NCBI GenBank assembly: GCA_965649825.1
Contig: OZ287695.1
Location: 496,001-560,000, forward strand
DNA: 64,000 nucleotides
DNA from: Penicillus capitatus
Lineage: Eukaryota; Plantae; Chlorophyta
Reading direction: 5' to 3'
Shown here: in pieces, positions 12,651 through 24,378 of the stretch
Layout: every line of letters begins with the position of its first letter
Position numbering within the stretch: the first letter of the stretch is position 1
Position numbers and translations under genes: made by a program
Notes under the pieces: model-generated
Database searches by the model: none
Seen by the model: the letters and a program-made list of their open reading frames with translations, nothing else
What the model was told of the DNA's origin: nothing

Positions 12651-13112
12651 CCTCAGAAATGTAGGTACGTTCGGTGCGACACGAAATCCTGATCGATCGA
12701 TCGATCGGACGAGATGCGATGTGATGTGACGTCCACAGTCCAAGACAAAGACAACAAAGAAGAATGCGCAGTCATAGATACAAAGGAAGCCAAAAACGAA
12801 TAAGAGATGGTGTAAGAGTGCGTCACGGTAGTTGTTGAGTCCGTCATCATCATGACCATCATCAAGCTGTCGATTGAGAGCAATAAAAAATCGTGATCGA
12901 CTGGAACAGCATCACATCATATTCAAGCTTTAAATGTGCACGTATGTGTGAGAAGGAGAGACCATGTGTGCCTCATTAAGTCTTCTAAGGGAAAGGTCAA
13001 CAGGAAAGAGGGTATTCATGCAATACCTCCCTCCGATGGATCTCGACAACGCGTTTCTTTCCCACGGCAATGTAACAAAGAGCGGATCGATGGCGATACG
13101 TGGTGCTCCGTT

Positions 13113-15974
13113 TTAGAGCAACGCACAGAATTGACGATAGAGATAGCACGGACGGCATCTCTTGCCGGCTCTCAGTGTACAGCTCCATGCCATTCCTTGC
13201 TTCCCATACTGTCCAGCAGAGCTCGGATGCAGAATCCTGGCCAACAGTTCCAAACCGTCGATCAACCGAGGACCCGCCATCGAAAACAGTTTGTGATCAC
13301 AGACGTACAGCTGACCCGTTTTCATGGCCGGCATTCCCCACCACCCCGGGAGACTTGCTAACTGTGCGAGTTCCTGCTTGGTCTCTTCCCACGATGCCGC
13401 TGCCAAGATCATGACCTCAGGTTCCATGGCCTTCAGTTCTTGCCATGTCATGCGCTGCGGTGCATGACCAGGTCTGGCACCCAGAGGCTCGCCACCTGCT
13501 AAGGATACCATTTCTGGAATCCAGTAACCGCCGATCATGAGTGGATTCAGACAGGTGAGCACCACCACCTTCTCCACAGGAAAATCCGATGCCACCAATG
13601 TGCCGATTCTGGCGACTCTGGCGCGCAGACGGTCGACGATTTTGGACGCCGCGTCCTCCACTCCAGCCGCTTCGGCAATTTCGAGCATAAACTCCAGGAT
13701 CTCACTCAAATGACGGCACTTGTGTGCCAGTATCGTTGTCGGTGTCGTTCGGCACAGACCGGTAAAGGATCCCTTACGTGCCTTGAAGATCTGTTCCATT
13801 TTCGATCGATCTGGATCGCCGCCGTCTTCCACCACCACCAAAGCCGGCTGCTCCATTCTGAGGAATTCCTCATTGATGTCAAAAGCGCTCTCCTGACGGC
13901 ACCAGTAGTCTTTGAGTTTCAGTTCCAGTCGACTGTCGTCTAGGTGCATCGCCTCGAACTTTGTCGTGGCGACGACGGTTCGGCCCGATTGAACGTCGGG
14001 GGGATAGGTGCAGATATTGGTCACGCCTACCAAACGTTTCTCCAGTCCGAGGGCGCAAATCATTTCGACGCCTGTGACGGACATCCCAACGATCTTTCCA
14101 TCGTCCACGCTATCCTTAAGACCCACAGCAGGTGTCACATCACTCGTCACAGTACATGATTTGTGGGGGAGGTTTTTCTTGGTCGAAAACATATCCGTCG
14201 GTAAATCCGGCACCGGTACTTCGCAAGCAAGCACCGGAATCTGAAAAGGCGTCTTCTTCTGCGGGAAGTCTTGGCTGTGGCGAGGGAAGGAGGCGTTGGA
14301 GACATTCCATTGCTTGCAGACTTTCTCCTGCGGCATGCCGGAATCGAGGGACGGCATTTTCTGGCTGACGAAATTGCGTTTGGCGCTTTCAAAAGCATTC
14401 ATCTTCATCCAGCTGCGGTGCATAGCTTCTTGACACTTGAGAAGATTCACGCGACGGCATCGATCGACAAAAGACGGTGCCAGTCTTGGATTGCTGGCGA
14501 ATTGGAGATGGACGTAACTGGCGAGGACGGCGTTGCGTGTGTAGCCCTCCTTCGCGACGCCGTGTTTCGAGATCTCACCCGACAGACGGTAGGTATAATC
14601 GAATTCCAGCTTCTCTCCAGCTTCCACGCTTCCCCACGCCGAACGCACGATCTCTTGGACGATGTGACTGCCGTGGCAGATGTGGCCTTTGGCCTGTAAA
14701 CCGGACGTGAACAGCGGGCAGTTGTTGAGAATCTCCACCGATACGTAGCCGCTTTCGTCTGGCGATCCTTCAGACATGCGTGTGCGGAAAGGAAAGACGC
14801 CGACCATGTTGTACGGGGGATACTCATTGAGTTGTTCAATGCTGCGTGAGAGATAGAGCAATCCGCCGCCTTCGGCATAGATCACACCACCCGATGCCGC
14901 AAAGGCACGAATCGACGCCATGAGTGCGGCGTTCTTAGACAGACGCGCGGCGTGGAGTTCCGGATGACCACCTCCCAAGTAGATTCCCGAAACGTCTTTG
15001 GGCAAACGAACATCTTCTAGGGGGGAAAAGAAAACAAGTTCTGCTCCAGATCTTTCCAACATCATGAAGTTCCTATGCATCACACATAGCAAAAGAGTGA
15101 GATGGTGGGCACGGGGAAAAGAGTGAGAGTGCGTACTCGTGATAGTAAAAAGAAAAAGCAGCATCTTTCGCAACAGCAATTTTGACAGCGTTCTGCGCAA
15201 CGGGCAGCGTCGCATCATCGTCCGGGCCTTTCGGCACCTTCGCCAGCATCGAAACCTCGATGCACTTTGAGGTATTGAGTTCCTGTGCCATTTTGGAGAG
15301 GTCGTCCAAGAAGGTCTCCATCGATGCACGATGTCCATCTCGCGGCGTCTTGGGTGTGATATCCATAGCCGTAGCGATGGCAGCATTCTCCGGTAAGAAT
15401 CCCAGACTCTGTGCCTTGACGCCCACTTTTTCGAACGTCTTCGTCAGCATGGCGGCGTGATCGGCATTGTGGACACGATTGAGGACGATCCCTGCGACTT
15501 TGACTTTCTTATCGAACGTTTCGAATCCCTTGACCACTGCGGCGCAGCTCTGCCTCATGGGTGCGGCATCGACGACCAAGATAACGGGCGAGGCGAGAAA
15601 ACGAGCCAGTTCAGCTGTACTCCATTCGTCCGTATCGCTTCGACGGTCAAAGAGACCAGCGCTGCCGTCCACGACGGCGACATCGCACTCGGCGCCGTAG
15701 CGATGGACACATGAGAGCAGACAGTCCCTCGGTACATTCCAGGGATCAAGATTTACCGCCATGCGTCCCGTTGCGGCCTCAAACAAATCGTTCTCGCTAA
15801 ACCCTGGTCCGAATTTGAACGCTTGAACCCGAAGGCCTTGTTTCCTGTGCAGATGTGACCATCGCGATGCGCCGAGGAAAAGAGGGTGCCCAACCTGAGG
15901 CCATTCATAATGGAGATCGAGACGGTGGTGGACCCGGCGCCGCTGTGGGTACCCGATACGACAAGCACTTTCAT
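13113..15974 (-). CDS. cobB: CobB/CbiA (cobyrinate a,c-diamide synthase)-like pseudoenzyme fused to a C-terminal BtuF/TroA-type binding domain
   Basis: MKVLVVSGTHSGAGSTT...VQAFKFGP..LDP, VVDGSAGLFD, GIVLNRV, IAVAKDAAFSFYY, YLGGGHPEL, IYAEGGGLLYL, ASYVHL; then KIVGMSVTGVEMICALGL..RLVGVTNICTYPP, IGGYWIPEMVSLAGG, FSMAGPRLIDGLELLARILHP. Three short introns. Confidence 0.9.
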
Positions 15975-16233
15975 TTTGTTGCGTCGGTCGGTTTGTTCGT
16001 TTGTTCAGCTATGGGTTGGTACGTTCGTCTATTGTGGACTGTCTGTATGGACGATGTGGCTGGACGGCGACGACGGTGTTGATAAGAATCGAAAATGAAA
16101 ACGCGAAAAACGCAGAGATAGATGCATGCGCGATTTCGGATAGACACCTTGCTGTTAACAAAATGCAAACGTCACATCATTCTCGCCAACGTTTGGTACG
16201 ACTAGATGGATGGCTGAACATCGAGACATGCGT

Positions 16234-18227
16234 TTAGAAATCGCCGAGATTCCACATATTGTCCGGGTCCATCTTTGACCAGGTCGATCGATCTTGCTCG
16301 AGCTCCGCTGGCGTCAGGAGGCATTCTTCGAGGGCGGATCGAATAGCAGGGAGGTGCGCCGCTTCGCCGATGACGACGATCTGCTGCTTGCGATCGCCAA
16401 AGACGGAATGCCAAGATGCGTCCGTTTCTGCCCAGAGCTCTTCGGGAAGCATCGACGAGCGCCACGTTTCGATCATATTGAACTGAACGGAGCGTCCGGC
16501 AGTAGACCAGTTGAGCTTGACATCGAAGTACGTGGCTATGTAGAAAAACCCTTTCGATCGGTATGCTTTGAGCATAAGGGAATCTTCTGCCATCATCAAT
16601 TTCTCATAGTTATCGTCATCGTCATCGTCCTCTTCTTTCTCTTCTTTCTCATCCTCCTCGTCGTCCTCATCTCCGTCCTCTTCATCGTCCTCATCTTCCT
16701 CCGTCGCTTCTTCGGTAGCTTCATCGTCCTCGTCGTCTTCAATGTCGCCAAAAATAAGTCGGTGGAGACGACCGGGATGAAAAGGCAGATGAGAGGTGAA
16801 GACGAAACTGCCGATGCCGAACTCTTCTGTTTCAGGGGTATGAGGCGAGATGAGCTCCGTGGCGAAGCCTTCGAATTCCGCTGCCTTCTTTGGGTCAAAC
16901 CGTCCGGTATGCATGACTTCGTTCAGGTCGATCTGGGCCCGAATGGAGGACAGCTGTTTCGCCGTTGGATTGAGATGCTTGAGCAGACCCTGGATCTTCT
17001 GAACCTCAGGCTTCGAGATGAGGTCACACTTATTGACGATCAGCGTGTCGGCGAATTCCACTTGCTCGATCAGGAGGTCCGTGATGCTACGGATGTCGCC
17101 ATCGTACGCAGACATATTGCGATCCTTCAACAGCTGGTTCTTCTTGATCTCTTGCATAAAGAGACTCCCATCGATCAGCGTCACCTACAGTGCACGTGCT
17201 GGTGGGGCAGAGGTGTCGGGGAAGGACCATGTTGTCGATTTTGAAGAATTCTTTCAGGGAACGCCCTTCGGCGTCTTGAGCAGCAAAGCTCGCTGCGACA
17301 GGCATCGGCTCACTGATGCCCGTCGCTTCGATCAGGATCGCGTCAAAGCGTTTTGCACAGAGCATCTTGGTCGCGGCCTAGTCACACTTTCTCACACATT
17401 GTGATCCGCGTGTCAAGTCGCTGACTTTGATGAGATCGCCGCGTAAAGTACAGCACACACAGCCGTTTGTGAGTTCTACCAGCTCCTCCTCTACTTCGGA
17501 AAAAGAGTGACTTTGCTGCACGAGATGGACATCGATATTGATTTCGGCCATGTCATTGACGAGCACGGCTATGCGCTGGCCATCAGCGGACTCAGAGAGC
17601 AAACGGGTCAGCAATGTCGTTTTCCCTGCGCCGAGGAATCCAGAGAGCACGACGACGTCGATGGGTTGCTCAACACCTGTCACATCAAACTCATACACAG
17701 ATTTTTTGCTGACGTGACCTGCAGCGCGGATCTCCTCGAGAGCATCGCGAATCAGTGTCGGATCCTCGTCATCATCATCAGGCGCCACGCGCATAGCGGC
17801 GATGCGAGATGTCATATAATCCCAAGTGGGATTCTTTGCGTCCACGGCGCGTCCTTGAGAGATGATTTTCTCTGCCTCGTCGAAGAGATTTTGCTGCACG
17901 AGTACCAGAGCTTGACGCTGATAGCCGCCACCCCATTCGGGTCGCATCTCCACCACACGCTTCGCATCGGCCAGCGATAAATCGTGCTTGCCTTGCAAAT
18001 CGTACGCCATCGACCGGTCGCACAAAATGCGCGTCACCTGTTCCGCGTCAACGCCAAGCGTCGTCGCCCGCTCCAACGCAGCCGAATACATCTCCACCGC
18101 CTCGTCCCATCGCTCTATTTCGCACAGCGCGTCACGCATCAGCCGAAAGGCGGTGCGAGGGTGAACCTGTGACGAAGAGAATGTCGCCTTTCTTCTTCAG
18201 CGACTCCAGAGAGTCGGCGTCGCTCAT
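16234..18227 (-). CDS. TPR-COG0523 (CobW/ZigA/YciC family) G3E GTPase metallochaperone, copy 1
   Basis: MSDADSLESLKKKGDILF..TPR; LSGFLGAGKTT, VNDMAEINID, GCVCCTLRGDL, EATGISEP, EQVEFAD, NKCD, CobW_C (RSKG, GDRKQQIVVIG). D/E-rich insert at about 16605-16745. Three introns. Confidence 0.92.
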
Positions 18228-18293
18228 GTTCCAGAAGGCCAAAGAAATGCGCAGCGCAATGGATCATTATGAAGCGACGTGGCCCACAAGACG

Positions 18294-18879
18294 ATGTTCG
18301 TCCTGCGTCGAACAGCAGGACGCTATGTTGCCCCATTCACCTCGCTTGTCTCCAGTCCTCTCTCGATCCCTCACGCCACTGCGCTCTGGCAAACGACTGG
18401 GGGGACACTCGGCGGCGGCGGCGGCGCCGAAGACAGGCGACACTTGTCTGAGATGACGCGCGAGGCGGTGCTCGGGTGGAGTCCCGTCGAGACCGTCGCC
18501 GTTACACTGGACCGTCTGCATCATGCGACGCAGCTGCCGTGGTGGGCGATGCTTTCGCTCACGGCTATCAGTCTGCGAGCCACGATGTTTCCCTTCACCA
18601 TCAAACAGGCGAGAGATGTGCGTCTCTTCTGTGCTCTGTATCCGATCTCCGCCGTGGACGCAGATCCAGTCGACGGGACCCACGATGAGCTGCATCTCTC
18701 AGGCGGTCAGAATTGTCCGCGCCAAGAAAAAGAGTGAGAAGAATACGAAATGGTCCTTGGTGGATGCAAAGAATGTGCTCGGTAAATTTCGAAAGCTGGC
18801 AAAGTACTCCGATGCACCCCATCCGGCTTGGGTGATCTGTGCCCCTCTCATCCAAGTACGCACCATCTGTGTTCACCTG
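18294..18879 (+). pseudogene. Disrupted OXA2-like insertase, copy 1, 5' part (the interrupted intron resumes at 34694-34752)
   Basis: Near-identical to 37296-37878. Interrupted in an intron by the LTR element; the 3' half is deleted. Confidence 0.9.
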
Positions 18880-18998
18880 TGTAGACCAAGCTTACCAAGG
18901 TAGTAACCAGCAGCTCCAAAAGTTGAACTGCAATCATTCTCTTACAACAGAATATCTGATGACAAGAATGAAGAAAACATTTATCTTTCGTCTCGACA
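18880..18998 (-). repeat. 3' LTR, internally deleted (119 bp)
   Basis: Matches both ends of 34334-34693 but lacks 242 bp between two gttacc sites. A purine-rich GGGGAGCG abuts it on the minus strand. Confidence 0.9.
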
Positions 18999-19099
18999 CG
19001 CTCCCCGAGTTGCGACTCCGACTCTTGGGAAACGAATTCTAACAAATCATTGCCGTGAACCCTGATCTTTCTGCCTTGCTTGCGGATATCGTAATGCCT

Positions 19100-21921
19100 G
19101 GATTCTAAGCATTGAAGAATGAGGTATGGCCCAGACCAAGGAGCTTGCAGCTTTGACAGGATTTTCCTAGGACGTTCGACAGAAGGACTTGTATTCCAGC
19201 TCTCAGTTTGGGCCCTTTTCTACGGACAGCTTCACGTTTTTCATGCCATTTGAGGCGTTCTGTACGTGTGTTTGCCCTAGCAAATTCCTTTCGTTTTGTC
19301 CATTCTGCAGGATCCAATAAATCGCCCTTGTAATCGAGGCCAAATCTGAGTTCTTTCGGGAAGCAACGCGTGACCCTGTGAACAGAGGAATTGATTGCGT
19401 CCTGAGATCTCTACACGAGCTGATTCCAAGGGTTGTGCGTTGCCATCTGTAAACGTCGAATCCTGCCCAAGAGCGTCTGAATCGTTCTCTCGACAAGACC
19501 GTTGGATGAGTGAGGATACGATGCGCTGAATCTGAGATCCATCCCACGATGCTTGCTCCAAGCGACGAAAACGGGAGAAGTGAATTGAGAACCAGAGTCC
19601 GCCACGACCATCTGAATCTTCCTATGTTTACGTATCCAATCGTCGAGGAGTTCCTCAACTCGTTGTCGTCTGGGAGAGCGCACTGTGCGTGTCTCCACCC
19701 ATCGGGAGAAGTAATCGACGGCAACCAGAATACATTTCGACGGAGCTCTGGTTTGTTGTGACAACGGTTCCAATACGTCGATATTAACCACGTCTGAGAC
19801 TTCACTGGCTTCTACGAATCCCAGATCTTCTCTGAATCTGCGTTTTGCACAATTGACAGGCCTCACAAGTCTTGGACACGTGCTCAGCAAATTTTTTTTG
19901 CCGCGGGACCATCCCACGGAGTCTTGGAGAGAGATAGTTTCAAGTTTGACGCCGAATAGTGTCCCCGCGCATGAGTGTCTTCTATTCACTCCCTGGCTTG
20001 CCCGTCAAGTTCCTGTTGAGCCGCCACTGGGTAGGCACAGACTTCAGACGACGACGCAGATTCGTTGCTTTCTTCATCGCTGTAGACATACGACTCTTGT
20101 AACGACGCTGTTTCACAGTGATCGTCCTCCATCTCACTCTCCATCTCACACTTGTTGTCTTCGCCGTCATACATCAAGAATTTCTGGCGCGAGAGAAGGT
20201 CCGCCAGTTGGTTTTCCGAGCCCGCTTGAAATCTTACTAAGTGATAATCTCTCAGGACCTCTTCCATTCTTCTCAGCATGAGCGTACTCTGGCTCTTCCA
20301 ATTCCACATTTTGGCAGACGCCCAGCTGTCTGTGAAAACGACAATCTGCCGTCCTAGGGCCAGGTGACGAAACGTTCTCAACGCTTGCGGCAGCGCATCC
20401 AATTCGGCTTCTGACGAGTGAGCCCACGGTTTCTTGTTCCTCCTGCTCATCATTGCGACAACGTTGCCGCTTTTGTCCATTAACGCCGCACCATAACCGG
20501 CAGCAGAGGCATCTACCACCATCTTCAACGACCCACTCCCATTCCAGTAACCAAGCTGTTGAAGTTGGTCTTGACAGGAGCGCAACAGACACTCCCAGAA
20601 TCGTCCAAACTCTGTCGTCTGAAATCTCTTGGCTTCCGCCTTTTTCCATGGTTCTAATGTGCGAAGTATGACGTCTCGACGCCAGGAATAACGATTCAAT
20701 TGTAACAACAGCCCTTCGACCGTTCTCAGATCCTTTGCACATTTTGGCTTGGGCAGATCGTTAAGCTTCCTTATCAAACCGTTGCTCGGTCTGATTCCTT
20801 CTGGGCATAGTTCGGCACCAAGGCACTCAACGGAATCGGTGCATCACTTGGATTTCTCGGCATTTAGCCACCACCCATCATGACCGAGCTCAGAGAAAAC
20901 AGTGTTTAAGTCCCGCAAGTGTTCCTCTGGGGTGTCTGATCCCAACATCAAATCACCAACATAGTAAAACAGAACACTAGATCTGTTCAGTTTTTTCACA
21001 ATTCGGGACAAAGTTATAGACAGAGCTTTTTGGAAATGTCCCATGCTCGATACCCAGCCAAAAAAGCATGTCTTGTATTGAAAGAATCGTGACTTGAAGA
21101 AAACCCCAAAAAAAGTCCGAATCTCTGGAGCCAGAGGCACCTGCATGAATCCCTTCCTCATATCGATGACAGACCAGACCGTCTTCTTCGGCATGTGTCC
21201 CAATAAACACATCCTGTCTATGGGAATTCCTTGCACCGAAACAGTCGCAGAATTCAGCGCTCGGAAGCTCATAACCACTCTTTTCTTGTTTCCTTTCTGT
21301 GGCACGGGTATGAGTGGCGTCAGGATGGTGGGAGGCCTTGCCACTTCTTCAACCGCACCGATCTCGACGAACTCCTGTATCTGGGCCTGAATCTGATCCT
21401 CCACGGCAGGTGCCAACGGACGGCATGGAATCGCTGAGCAGTCGACGTAATCTTTGAGTCCGAGATCGTCCACACAGTAGTGCTTCACACCTGGGAACTT
21501 CCTTTCGCACAGACGCGGGTATTGCCTCCAGAGGTCGTCCATCGACCGCTCTTCGTCCTCAGCATCATCGATGTCTGACACTTCGCCGTTTTCCTCTCGC
21601 GTTACTGTGTTCAGCTTCTGGCGACGCTGTCGTTCCAAAGCGTCTCTCGGTAAGAGACTCGACCCGCCGACTTTCTTCAGAACCACTTGCTCGTCTGCCT
21701 TGACTTGGAAGGCTGCCATCATGAATTTGCTTCCCAGCTGTTCAGGCCGGTCGCCTGGATTCCTCAGAGACATTTTGATCCTTTTTCCAGCTCCTTTAAT
21801 GCACGGCTCGATCATCACACTTCCTGCGTTGCCAGTGGGCATCAACGCGGCGTCTCTGTTCAAGATTCGACACGGTAGTTGGAATCTCACGGATGATCTG
21901 GGGCGAGAAAGGCGGACTTCC
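19100..21921 (-). pseudogene. Gypsy pol: RT, RNase H and integrase (frameshifted, with stops)
   Basis: RT VIDMRKGFMQVPL..FFG..YYVGDLML (YVDD changed to YVGD); RNase H VVDASAAGYGAAL..ELDAL..VFTDS; integrase NIDV..VDYFSRW..VADSGSQFTS..SNGLVER, and PWSGPY. Confidence 0.92.
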
Positions 21922-24194
21922 ATCTTTCCTATTCTCCGTACGGCACTTACGTTCCGCCCGCTAATTTCCCTTACTGAACGCCGGTGTCCGCACACGAGAA
22001 CAACGCACGATGCAGCCTTCCGGCTCGACGTCCGAAGGCCCTGGCACCGCCCCCGACACCGTGCGCACGGCGATAGCCCAAGCGGCCCACACGGTTCGGT
22101 ACCGACGCGATCTGCGCCGGTCCCCCGAGGTGCTCGCAGCTATGAGCAAGGACGAGCTCATACTGGTCAACGCCGCTGTCAAGGCCTGCTCCACTCAAGT
22201 CGCCGCCACCTTGGACTCCGCACAGCTCGTCGAGAAGATCAACGCCTACCCGACTGCCCACGAGCGTCGAGATGCCGAGCAGCTCCACCTCATTAGCCTA
22301 CACGAGCGCTCCAGAGAATCGCTTCTGCTGGCTCCCGAAAGGCCCATCTACGACACGAAATCCCCGGTGCCCTGTCTCTCGCAGACCGTTCGTTTCCAAG
22401 AGAAAGTTACTCCCTCAGATCTCCTGTCAATATTCACTGTTGTATTGGCTTCTTCATAAGGGTCATCATGAAGATGAAGGGAAGATGATGCGCGGAACAT
22501 AAGACGTCGCTGTCGCCGTTTGATAGGTCTGCTTGCTCCTCTTCGCCAATGTACGTCTCGGAAGGCCCGGGGTCACAAGGTCGTCGGAGCGAAGGCCACG
22601 AAGTCGATGCCTCGGTCCGCGGAGCTTTGCTAGGTGTTATAAAGTCCAACGTTGTGGACGATCTGCTCCGCGCCCCGCTGGAGGAGCTACGCGTGTTCCC
22701 CTCGACGGAACTGGTCGAGATCCTCCTGGAAAGTTGGCTATTGCGGTCCGTACGGAATATACGCGGGTGTACTGTCTTACTCGGTGTCGTCGTCATAGAG
22801 ACAGAGAAAGCCGAGATGAAAGGTTAACAACAACAAACAAAGGGCAAACAACACAGCGTATCCTGAGCCTCTTATTCAGTCTAGGCGATGTGACATTCTA
22901 GGCAGATGATTCATCTTACTTCTACGACCAAAGAAAAGCGTCCCTTGAAGCCCAAGGGTCCCTTCTGACATGACAGCCAGCATCCGTGTCAAAGAATGGC
23001 GCAATTTTGATGGAGCGTTGATGGGACGGTAATTTAATCAGTGGCATTTCTGTCACTTGGTGTTTCGTGCCTTTGGCCGCACGACGTGACCGTCGCCGCT
23101 GAGTCACGATGAGTAGGGATAAATCGCGATGACTAGGAGTGAGTTCTTGTGAAGTTTGCGCTGAAGTTCTTTAAAGCTTCTAGAATCTCATTGGGGACTC
23201 ATCCTGGAAATTCACATGTTTTCCCGCCATCGCGTCAGGGACCAAGTATTCAAGCAAGAGTCGGACACATAAAACATCTATCAGTTTACGTTTACCTCTA
23301 CGTCTGTGTCTACGAACACTTCACTCGTCAAAAACATCGGTTGTTCTTGCTGTAATAAAATTGTCTCTTGCCTGCACTTCTTGCTTGGTTCTCGACATCC
23401 TAGCCCTGCCTGGTGTCATCTTATTCTAAGACTTCCGTCGCTTGTGAGATGAGTCAACACGGAGACGATTCCCGGTCTCTCACTCCTCCCCCTGAAGTCT
23501 GAGAGCAATATGGAAGCGAAAGCGGCATCCATGTCAACGTTAGTAATATCTGGGACGAAGTGGAGAATGAGAAAGCCAGCAAGCAATCGTCACGCGTGAA
23601 CTTCAGCTAGACAGCCGAGTCCGGACTGGATGGCGAACCGCACAGGGAAACTGACGGGGATTCGACAGACTCTGGCACGACGCGAACGCGCCAACGCGTG
23701 TGCGGAGATAAAGGAACTGACTAGAGTCAAAGCTAAGACTGATTACATGGTGAGTCCAGTCGGTTAAGTACCCTCGGCACCCGCGGACCCCTGTCACGTC
23801 AGGAAACGGACAGCCTGTCCGGTCCGCAGGGGCCCCAACCGTTGTCCTCTACCCATCAGAAACCCTGTCCGCAATGTAGACATACATACTTAGACGAATA
23901 CATCAGAACAGTTCCCTTGTAAATACTCGGAATGACGTCAGTCCTCTCTTATGCCATCATCGTGCATGATGAGCCTTTAGCGCAACGAACGTCACCATCT
24001 GTTCAAACACATGACCCCTGTCTTCCAAGATATGCACATCGTCATGAGAATCTTAGCGACAGTTATATCGTTACAAGAGGCATGATAGCATCATGACGTA
24101 AGGCATGAATGACATCATGCATAGAAAGAATATAAAAAGTTGGTCTTCGTACAGAACAGAACTTTTAAGACTCTCCTCTACTTCGTTTCAAAAA

Positions 24195-24378
24195 CAAAGC
24201 TTCGCAGAAGTGAACGTCGTGCGGAAGCAGATGTTTCGGTTTTCCGAACCTTGAGTCTCGGCAGACGCGCGTGCCGTCAGCAACAGCGTGTGCAGCGTCG
24301 AGTTCGTCAGCGCGAAGAGAGATTTCTTCGAGAAGTATGCTTGCGCAGAAGACCGACGAAGCGCGAACTTTTTCCAAC
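24195..24378 (-). pseudogene. 5' fragment of the trypsin-ankyrin gene
   Basis: Homologous to 2715-2893. The ATG context gagaagATGttc has become gaaaaagttc, the intron acceptor is altered, and the copy is truncated before IVGG. Confidence 0.85.

Noticed and set aside
16294-17244. 316-aa plus-strand ORF (and 35768-36250, 38299-38910, 61660-62532)
   Set aside because: Antisense or alternative-frame shadows of real GC-rich genes.
13113-18227. De novo cobalamin biosynthesis cluster / true CobW
   Set aside because: CobB catalytic residues are substituted, no other cob genes are present, and the GTPase motif is YciC/ZigA-like.
22450-23750. TAG/TAA-to-Gln recoding suggested by in-frame stops
   Set aside because: Conserved genes end at TAA/TAG and their long exons have no internal stops. 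These stops occur only in decayed sequence (CAG>TAG, CGA>TGA).
22889-24190. Complete second LTR element or solo LTR
   Set aside because: TG..CA segments and a gag-like broken frame exist, but there is no paired LTR, matching TSD or convincing PBS; treated as debris.
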